Shown here in pieces: positions 11,824 to 22,700 of a stretch of 64,000 nucleotides of DNA. The stretch comes from Laetmonice hystrix. Taxonomy: Eukaryota. The stretch covers positions 33,420,001 through 33,484,000 of the forward strand of contig OZ249436.1 in assembly GCA_965235115.1 (NCBI GenBank), written 5' to 3'. Each line of letters begins with the position of its first letter. The stretch's first letter is position 1. A model generated the notes under the pieces. That model saw only the letters and a program-made list of their open reading frames with translations, searched no databases and was not told the origin of the DNA. Position numbers and translations under genes: made by a program.

Positions 11824-13778
11824 CCCTGTAACAATGTGTAGTGTTGGCCTATCAGCCTCACTCCGTTACTTTAAACCCCCAGCTATTCGCGCCTTGGGTC
11901 TTGTCCATACCTTGTCCATCTCCCCCACCCCCATAATCTACCAGCGCTATACCGTGATTAGAACACGGTGAGAAACAGATGCCCGCTTAAAAGGATCATT
12001 TTCAGTACTACTCACTGGGCGGCCATTTTTTAGCTCGGGATTCCCCGTACGTTGACTTAAAGGTATAGAGGTATACAGTGGGGGGTCCAGGAGTTTGATA
12101 AGGGAGGCTCGGCATGATTTTATTGTGATTATGGCCATTTTGGGCCCCTTTTGGTCTATTTCAATGCTGCATAGCCCAGAGGTATGTTGCTCCTGGATGA
12201 CTGAGGAGGTTCTTTTGGTCCCGATGTTACTATCACGTTGGCTTTATACAATATCTATGGTAGGCCTAGGAGGCTTTTTTAAAAAGAATTTTGTTGGAAT
12301 ACTGGTTTCAGGGTCCGAATAATGCATCTTCCTAAACGAAAAAGCGGGGGAAAGGAAAATTTAAGCTTAGGCCAAGTGGCAACTTACAAGTGTCGGCTTT
12401 GACGATGTAGGCCTAGGCCTACATAGAATTATTAGACCATTTGAATCGGGACCTTGGGAATTGCGTTGACTGACGCTGGCGAGTGTAGAGAGTGCAGAGA
12501 GTGTAATATAGGCCTATTAGGCCTACTACACTCTCTGGGTGGGGTAAGACGGCCTATAGGCCTATAGGCCTAACAAAAAGTCAAGTAGGCCTATAGAGAA
12601 TGATAGCTAGGCCTACCTCGCACTCATGAATATGAAAACATTTAGGTCTAGGCCTAGGCCTATGATTAGGCCTATGTGCTGTATCAAAGTAGGGCCTATA
12701 GTATAGGCCTATTATGCTGTATTTCGTGTCGTAAGCTATCAACCCTATGGTTGATTATATCCAACTGTATACTGTATACCCAGCAGAGATGCGGTAGGTG
12801 GTAGGGGACCGTGGTAGGTGGCCGCCTTAGCTTCGAGCGCCGACCAGTTGAGCGGGGCTCCGCCGGCGGAGCTGCCTGCATGCGACGCCTGCATAGTCGC
12901 GCTCGAAGTGGTCGGCGCTCGAGTCGACCGGCGCTCGAACTGGTCGGCGCTCGAACTGGTCCGCGCTCGAAACGTCCAGACACCGTCAATGTTAGCCCCG
13001 ACCCTTTCCAGGGGTGCCCTGGTCCATCAGCTCTGTTTGTGTAGTCCAGCAGAGTGCATCGCCTCGCTGATGAAACCCCTCGGCATCATAATAATAGCCA
13101 TGCATGTATATATGTTTTCTCCATTGCGTCCTGTGATGGTTCATAATCCGTCCATTCTCTTGTGTTGTGAAAGTGACGGGGAAAGGTCAGGGTGGGGGTT
13201 TATTCCAGCAGCGCTTGTTTATGGGTGTGCCGTACTTGACAGGGCCACTCGGTACGATCCCTCACTGATGTACTCGGTAGAGTTCCTACTGCCGCCCATT
13301 TTGATAATCATTATGTTGTTAGTAGTACCAGTAGATCTAGTGTCATACCTAGGAAAGAAATCTAACAGTACCACTAATCTTAAGACTTAGATTGCAGACT
13401 GCCTTTATTTCTTTGTTATAACATGTAATAAGAAGGGCATGATCTAAGCTCTGCTGTAAGAGTCTCTTGTTGAAGTTTTGTAGTACTTTGTCTTGCTTTA
13501 ATAAATGCTTTCAAGATAGAGCCTTTGAACATGAGATGGTTTACGCCATGTGATGGCTGTTTGGAAAGTGTAGTTTAGTACGCTGTCAGAACTATAGCCT
13601 CTTTGATGCAGTTGTTTTTATTGAAGGGCATATCATATTTACAAATGACGGACTGATAGTTGGGAATACTGTATGAAAACACGTTCTTGTAGCCAACAAA
13701 GACGATATCTTGGATAAGCTGAACGACTTTTTCATTCCTTTTCCTTGTTTTTGACAGATTCTTTTTTATCTCTTTCAG

Positions 13779-16700
13779 CTAAACAAGAATCTTATAGAAG
13801 AGGTCAACATTGGCGGAACCAATACAATCATCAGGCGTAAGTTACACAACAGTCGCCATCCGTTTTGGGGCAATGCATTGCCTTGTATCATATCATGTGT
13901 TGAGGTGTGCCAGAAATTAGCTGTGGAATATTGATGGTGCATATTAATAGTATTATCTATCTCCATGTACCGGCATACCTTTGCCCTTAAAGTGTCCAGA
14001 GGGTAATAAGTTTCGTGCTCAAAACCTGTGCTCATGCAAAATTTAAACAGTTGAGAAAAAATTGACATCTTGAGGTCAGGCGAGATTGAGTTAGGAAGGC
14101 AAAAAGAAATTCAAGAGGAAATTTATCAAGAATATGACGTTTTTTTAAAGGAGAAAACGAGCGGAGATCCCGCCAGCCTTTTGTCTGACGCACAATATAT
14201 TCTGCCTGCGTCATCGCCATGCCATATAACATACAGGAAGCAAACATGAACAAAGTTCTCTGTAAAGTTCTTCTTGGGAAGAGCAACGAAAGATCATCGT
14301 AGTACAGCGGTAAAAGGTGCAGTGTTAAACAGACTGTTGAGACCAGTGCATACACTCCCGTGTAATAATTTGAACTGCATATGGCGTCAGGAACGTTGAT
14401 GTTCGCCCTCGCTCCGTAATGTGTTGGAGCTATGAGCTCAGCGGTGGTCATTCCTGGCCAGCTGTCTGCCGCGCGAATTTTATCGCACTATTCCCACTGA
14501 ACCACATAGTGTTATGGATTTGTCAGCTATCTGTTTGATTATATTCCTCCATATATCAAATTGCAGTCATGGGCCTGCCTGTTTTACTCGCACTAAAAGA
14601 GTCCCGGGACATAATAATTTAGGCGGGTCATAAAAATGTTGACGTGCAGTTTTATGAACTTCGGTATGGGAAGGTCATCATTAGAAGTACCGTACCACCC
14701 TCTGTGGTCTTACATAAAGATCAGCAAAATACCCAAGTGTTTGATTAAGTCATGTCTTATTAGAACTTTAACAGACTGTAAGAGACGTCCAGAATCGTTG
14801 GCTGTATGCGATGTATCGATTTAAAATAAGATAATGTGACCCGATGGGGATGAGGAAATGATTGCTTGTAACTGAACGACTTGCTATTTGCCTCGACACT
14901 GGTGGATCTTGATCTGTAGCTACAGAAGGTCCCTTAAATATGGACCTCGTGACCTGATCGACAGCTACAGAGGTCACTTAAATATGGACCTCGTGACCTG
15001 ATCGACAGCTACAGAAGGTCCCTTAAATATGGACCTCGTGACCTGATCGACAGCTACAGAAGGTCACTTAAATTTGGACCTCGTGACCTGATCGACAGCT
15101 ACAGAAGGTCACTTAAATATGGACCTCGTGACCTGATCGATAGCTACAGAAGGTCCATAAATATGGACCTCGTGAGTCAGTGTGGAGTTCAGCAAACACT
15201 GAACCAACCAGTGAGCGCCTGTAAGGAGTGTGGAGATTTGATCTTACTTGTGCCTTATACCGGGTGTCTTAAAATGCATATTTGATTCTGTGTATATGGG
15301 GGGACACCCTGTATATCATTTTTCAATATAATGTGTATCGTGTTGGCCTGCACGGGGTTCCTCTCCATTGGTGGCAGATCTAGAACTGCACTTTAAAGGA
15401 GCACAATTGGAAGAATCGCACTTTCGAACGGCTTTTGAATCTTTTGTTAGGCATTCTATGGTTAAATGCAAAACATAAAAAAAATTGGAAACCGTCGTCT
15501 TGGCCGAGAAATGGCATAACTTCCAACAGGGTGTCACGCCCCCCTCTACCATGCCTAAGTACTGAATTTCGGTGTACACCGAAATTCACTTTAGGGGCTG
15601 CCTGTGGTTTGATTACAGGCCAATCAACGCTATTTTGAGGATAGGGATATTTATTTCGGACCTCTTTACGCTATCATACAAGAATAACCTAAAGTCAGTC
15701 GAAAAACTGTGCCCCTATAATGTTTCATTTAATCATTTCATCTGTAAACCAGTTGTGGGTCTTAGCTTGCTCTCTGATACAGTCTTCAACTGGTATCGGG
15801 TACCTCAGTAGGTATCAGGTGTGATAGTCAGTGTTCAGCAGGGGCGGATCCAGGGGGTTTCGACCGTTTTCAAAGGGTCAAAGAATCAAAGGGTTAGTCC
15901 CCCCCCCCCCCGAAACAACAAGAATGTCTTTACACAATTATTTAATAAAATGTACATTTTCCAGGCTATATTTTCAGTCTGGGTTTCTTGCCTAAAACAC
16001 CTTGTCATAATGTACTTCATGCAGGGCAATAGCCCTGCTGATTCTGACCTCGTCATAATGTACTTCATGCAGGGCAGTAGCCCTGCTGATTCTGACCTCG
16101 TTATAATGTACTTCATGCAGGGCATTAGCCCTGCTGATTCTGACCTCGTCATAATGTACTTCATGCAGGGCAGTAGCCCTGCTGATTCTGACCTCGTTAT
16201 AATGTACTTCATGCAGGGCATTAGCCCTGCTGATTCTGACCTCGTTATAATGTACTTCATGCAGGGCAGTAGCCCTGCTGATTCTGACCTCGTCATAATG
16301 TACTTCATGCAGGGCAGTAGCCCTGCTGATTCTGACCTCGTCATAATGTACTTCATGCAGGGCAGTAGCCCTGCTGATTCTGACCTCGTCATAATGTACT
16401 TCATGCAGGGCAGTAGCCCTGCTGATTCTGTCCTCGCCATAATGTACTTCATTCAGGGCAGTAGCCCTGCTGATTCTGTCCTCGTCATAATGTACTTCAT
16501 GCAGGGCATTAGCCCTGCTGATTCTGACCTCGTCATAATGTACTTCATGCCGGGCATTAGCCCTGCTGATTCTGACCTCGTCATAATGTTTCCCGATAGT
16601 GCTTGTTCATGTTTTTTGAATATATCGTTGAACCATCTTCAGTATTTGGCCGATTCGACTTCAGTTTAATTTATTTTACAAATCTCAATTAGCTATGAGG

Positions 16701-19700
16701 CAGATCATAAACGAATGGGGCGAGTAGGTGAATTTGGCCATTTTATGTTATAACAATATTTCTTGACCCACCATGGACCCCTGTAAGGATTTGTAATGCG
16801 TTTCGTTATCTTGCAGTGTGTCACGAGCTGTGCGTCGATCGGCTGGTCTATACGAGCACGTTCAATGTTGTATTCGGCGGCCAGGAGATCCACCATGGCG
16901 ACGAGAGTCTGCCCTACCTACCTCTGCACAAAGTAAAGTCGTTCGTATTCTCGTAGAATGCGCCAGTTTTAAATATACAGTTTCTGGGAAGGGGCTCTTT
17001 ATCGGATCTATACTGAATATCTCTTGAAAAATCTTGTATTTAATTAATAAACAAGCATGGAAGCAGATTAGGGACGTTGAGAATATGTTTCAGAAAAATA
17101 TCCCCTGAAGATATCATGCAGAGGCTTCTTATGACCTTTGAATTTTTCACGTTTGAAGTATACTTTAAATCGTATCTTTGAAATAATAAGAATTAAAAAA
17201 AAACAAAAAAAAAACAAACCGGCGTGACTAACAAAAGGAGGGGGAGGAAGGGGCGGCGGTATTCAGATCAGAGAAGCTTTTAAAGTAATCTTCACTTACT
17301 TATTAATTATAGCACCCTGACTGGTATTCCCGTACGAAATCCATCGCAGAGCAGGCCGTATTAAAAGCAAGTGGTGTCACCCTCTCTAATGGCATTACAT
17401 TCCGTACGTGTGCTTTGAGACTGGCTGGCGTGTATGGTCCCGGTGAACAGCGCCATCTACCAAGAATTGTTGTAAGTATTACGTTTGGATGGTGGAGCCC
17501 AGTTCTCATTTTTTCTTCCCATTCCGAAAGGTTATTTCACTGAAAATACCTTGAGTAGATGGAAAAGTGAATGTTTTTTCTTTCCATTACTCAGGAATTG
17601 TATTGTACTGTAATTTGTGAAAAAGGATTTTGTGGTTTGGCCAAAAGGGGCCAGTAGAAGAGATAGCAGGTGAAGCGATTCAAAAGTGGAGAAATACGGC
17701 ATAGGTTAGGCCAGTGTTACAGGTGGCAGCAGGTAGATGAGAAGTTTGGTAATATTTTATTTGACCTCAGATTAGCAGTAGATTTGATCAGACGTCATCA
17801 GACGTGTTAGGTACGTGATTTCTGTGTGTTTGTTGTCGGTAGAGTTACATCGAGCGCGGCCTGTTCTGTATGACGTACGGGTCGAGGGACAGCCTGGTGG
17901 AGTTTCTACACGTAGATAACCTTGTCGATGCTCACGTCAAGGCAGGCCTGGCACTCACCACAGACCGGGGAGCCACTGCCGTGAGTATAGTTTCTACACG
18001 TAGATAACCTTGTCGATGCTCACGTCAAGGCAGGCCTGGCGCTCACCACAGACCGAGGCGCCACTGCCGTGAGTATAGTTTCTACACGTAGATAACCTTG
18101 TCGATGCTCACGTCAAGGCAGGCCTGGCACTCACCACAGACCGGGGAACCACTGCCGTGAGTATAGTTTCTACACGTAGATAACCATGTCGATGCTCACG
18201 TCAAGGCAGGCCTGGCGCTCACCACAGACCGGGGAGCCACTGCCGTGAGTATAGTTTACCAACCTCTCACACTCTCAGTGTTCAGGGGGTAAAACAGGAA
18301 AGGACTCGCCGCGGTCTTGGAGGAGCAGTCCGAGGTACCAAGGATTGGGGGGGGGGACACTTGTTATTAGGAGGATATTTCTATCAATTTAAAAAGAAAC
18401 GTTCCCCAAAGTTGACCAGGGGGACAGCCCCCTAGCTATAGATTATAGGTAGATCTACAGTCCACGACTGTGACGTACTCTCATTTATGGTAAACATAAT
18501 TCTTAATTTTTCAAAGAAACCATAGAATCAGCCCGATTAACTGTCAAAAACGGTTGTGGCTTATGTTCAGCGTACTTAGAGTGGCACTGAACAGGGGAGC
18601 ATGGACACAGATTGGAGAATAATGAAGTTTACATGGCTGTCGCATGCATTCGTCAGTGAAATAAATGGGTTCTTAGTGAGCACCAAGAGTGGAGCCACCA
18701 AGGGACAGTCGTATTATCTAATCATACAAGGACCGTCTAATCATTATAAGAGAACCATCAGTCTGACATGTTTGGGAGAGTGGCATATTTCAGACGCACG
18801 GGGGACTCGGGCAGTGAAATTGGCCATCTGTAAAGTAATTAGATGTTGGTTGTAATTGGTGAACGTACATCGCATGGTGTATGTCACGAGCAGCGACAGT
18901 CCCAGCGGTAAGGGGGTGGTAGGGCCTTGAGCACTGTTATAATCTTTGGGGCTGTTTTCTATCAAAATAGAGATCAGAAATTATGGAATATGAATGGCTA
19001 CATGGTGCATTACTGGGCATAGACATATTGGAACGACTTGCTTTCACCTTATTTTAAAACGCTGTCGTTTAAATGGAACTATATTCAATGGAATATTGAT
19101 ACTGTTTGTGAAAAGTGAAAAAGTTGGCGATTGTGCTGAAAGCAGGCAGTTTATACTCAAGAGGAATTCCCTTTATTGTGTGATACACGTATGAGTACAT
19201 CCGTTTTTAACGATTAAAATAAAGATAAAGATATTCATCGACCTCTGCACAAAGTTAGAAAACTGTCAGCCGCGTTCAAACAACGTGATCTGTGAGCCGC
19301 GTTCAATCTGAACAGCGGACGCCCGTAACTGTAGATTTCTTACCGGATTACAAACACAAGACTTTTCCCCATTAACAATTCACGATGATAATGGCCTAAC
19401 ATTAGGGCCCGTGTATATGTGGTGGTCATTTCAAAGTGTACATCTTAGTGATGTTAAGAACGTCGCTGTATAGAGATGTGAGACGCTGAGCCGTCAGAAG
19501 AACCAACTAATGTGTGGTTTGAATTATGTAGCCTCCGGTTTTATATCACAGGTGATCCTGAGTGTGGCGGAGCCTTTTGTCTTTTGTGAACACGTCACAT
19601 GAAAAACAATAATGGAAATAACATGTGTTGAAGTGCCCTTTTTCTGCGTTGTTGCTGATTTTAATACTTATTGACGCTTTTTGCACTGAAGCAACGTTTT

Positions 19701-22700
19701 GATTAAGTATTCAGAATGCTCAGTACACGAGCCTAGTAATGGTCAGGGTGACAGAGAGGGAGCCACAAACGACGTAGCCAGTCTGTGGAATCAGCCCCAA
19801 CTATCCGTGTGGTATTGAGACCAAGTAGTGGGTTCGAGAATTTCATTTGTTGTCGGCGTAGCGCCGGTATACATTTCTTTCCCCGTATTTTTGGTATATC
19901 TGAAGCGCGTGTTTATGTACATGTATATAAGTAAGCGATATCTATCATAAATTCTGTGATATGGAGAAAGAGACACGGAGAAACAGAGCGAGAGAGACAT
20001 AGAGTCCGAGCTATCTATTGGCCCATCAGTAAACATACGATAACTTTGATGGCATCGTAAAGACACCCACTCAGCGGAACACGTTACTGTATACTTTTTG
20101 TAGTGGCAAGGGGTCTCTAACACACACCTTCACAAACCCACTCTGACCCGTGTCGTCAGGCCGTTGGTTACAGACAGAGACACAGCCACAGACAGGTGGA
20201 TTGACGACAATGAGAGATGGATCTCAGAATAAAGAGAATATAGAGATAAAGCATACACTTCAGGAGAGAACGCTAACCCGGCCGGTGGCCAGTGGAGGCT
20301 GTGTCCGGCGTAGGTCACTCACTGCCAGAGCCCTCGCCCCCTCTCCCACTTTGTGCTATGACAATAAAGAGGCCATGGCAACCGTGGCACGCTTTGTCCC
20401 TGAGTCGGCAAGCCGCCCCGTTATTACTCGATATATTGTCTGCAGTATTGACAGGCAAATTACTGCTACTATCTCAACTGCTTGCACCAAATGGGAAGTT
20501 TATGTTTTGTGTACCTACAAATTGGGGGGAGGACCCCAAGTAACGATTAGGGCACGGGGAAGTGGGGCTCGGGCTGCCGGTAGCTGGGTGCCACCCGTTC
20601 TGGATCAATCTGAGGTCCCCACAGTTAATGTTGACCTTTGCTGACCTGCACCCTGTTTGACCTTAGTACGCAGTGCGGTCACTACCTCGGCTTGACCCTT
20701 ACAGGATGTGGAAGCTTTTCGCGGTATTTCTCCGCGTGGAAGATGTACAAGTAAACACGTGGACATATATGTATCACTTTTATATAACAACAGTAGCACC
20801 CGTGCATCCATAAATGGTGGTTGGCCTATTTTTCTGAAACAAAATGGGGAGAAGAAGTATAAATACAAATATTTCTTTGTTTTAAGGCCAGCGCGATCAG
20901 TGTTACTCTGCTTGTATTCTTACTGGTCGGTACTCTCATGTTTACAAAATATATGTTGAAAATTATTGTCCCCAAAAGGAAATTGGTAGCACCCGGCCGT
21001 CGAAACATGATTTCTACTAGTACCGCCATGTACGTAATAGTGGGGGATCCAGGGAGCAGGGGGCTATAGGGCCCGGGCCCCTCCTTAGATTTTCCTTTTG
21101 GGGGGATGAAGATGGATTAGTACCGTCACAATCAAATCATGTTGAGCATAGAGAGGCAAACAAATTTTGTATCAAAATCCTGGATCCCCCACTGCGTATA
21201 AGATACACTATTACGTAATCGTGTACAGAGTAGAATATAAGATTTTCATGTACCGGTATTAATTAATTCGTCGGTCGTAAACTGATGTCTGTATTTGTTG
21301 TTGACAGGCTGGTCAGGCATACTTCATATCAGACTGTAAACCTGTTAACAACTTTGAGTTCTTTAGACCATTGGTAAGTGAAATGATTTTCATTTAACTC
21401 GCGGGTCAAACTTGTTCTTTTTATTAAGAACCAATTCCATAATAACAAAGATCAAACTTGATATTTAGTAAGACAAAACATTAATCGGTAGATATCACAG
21501 GCCTTAACGTTACTTCTCTGAATGGTATTTAAATTATTTGAAAGGTGTAACTTAGCGCAGGCTGATATGATGTTGATTTTGTTATAAAGATTGAGTAAAA
21601 GTGCGTTGTGTTTCAGGTAGAGGGTTTAGGATATTCCTATCCCAAACTTCGGGTGCCGCTCTCACTCGTCTATTTCATAGGTGAGAGAAATATTGTTCAT
21701 CCTTTTTATACACTCCTCATTCGTCTTGAGCCTAGAGCATGATGCCAGCGACGGTAACTGCATAGAAACATAGATTATACAGAGTTTAATAAGATGTGTG
21801 TTCTTGTTTCAGCATTAGATTACACAGAATTTAATAAGATGTTATGTCCTTGTTTTAGCATTAGATTATACCGAGTTTAATAAGATGTTATGTCCTTGTT
21901 TCAGCATTTGTCACAGAGTGGATACACGGTGTGATCGGTCGTGTCTACAACTTTCAACCACTCCTGACCCGGGCCGAGGTATGGAAACCCTGTGACAGTA
22001 TTATTTGGTCAATGAGTCGATCTCAGACGACAGAGCGTGGGGGGGGGGGGCAGATTTGGGATGTCGCCAGCTGGGGACAAAATCTTAGTAAGACGGGCCC
22101 CAGCCTGCTCTCTGGTGAAAAATAATTTTGAACATTGCACGCCGGCAATAGGCCCCCGTTTATGTAGAAAACTATCAGATGTAAAATTGTTTACTTTTTT
22201 TGGGGGGGGGGGAGTCCCCATCCCCACCCACCTCCACATTACGTTGTACCTGGACGGTCGACGCCCACGAATGAACTTTTCTATCACACGTTTAGTAGTA
22301 TGTCATAAGACAGCCCAATATTCATACAGGATAAGAAGTCGATATATCCTATCTTAAGTACACCGTATACCTGATTCTGCCCATAGATAACAAACCAGGA
22401 CAAACACTTCAACTTCTTACCGATCTATCTGGGGATATTCGATCAGTGTTTTAGAGTAGGTCTACATGTGACTGGTTTGAACGAAGTCCACTTGATTTTC
22501 CTCAGACGCATTCTTTTAAAAATGGTGATGGTGAGGGTGATGTCGGAATGGTTGCGGTTGGTCAGCCGTTGGAATAAACGTCACATTGTTGTTGGCTGTC
22601 ATGGAAGATTGTGAGAAGGTCCTGTTCCCATCATCAGTTACCACTTCTCCTCATTGGTTTAAGATGATGGATTTTTGACACGTTATTTATTATGTCAGCA

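Larger units (their letters stand above)
7992..12984 (+). mobile_element. Full-length autonomous Mutator-like (MULE) DNA transposon, ~5.0 kb
   Basis: Imperfect TIRs: left GGTCCCAGGACGTTTCGAGCGCGGACCAGTTCGAGCGCCG, right (reverse complement) GGTGTCTGGACGTTTCGAGCGCGGACCAGTTCGAGCGCCG. Both ends have repeated TTCGAGCGC motifs. Exact 8-bp TSD GTCAATGT at 7984-7991 and 12985-12992. Encloses the transposase ORF. Confidence 0.93.

Noticed and set aside
14032..14451. 139-aa hydrophobic minus-strand ORF in an SDR42E1 intron (possible nested membrane protein)
   Set aside because: No family motif I can identify with confidence and no convincing splice sites; a BLASTp search would settle it.
15821..16669. 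282-aa and 188-aa repetitive ORFs
   Set aside because: Explained by a stop-free 48-bp minisatellite inside an intron.
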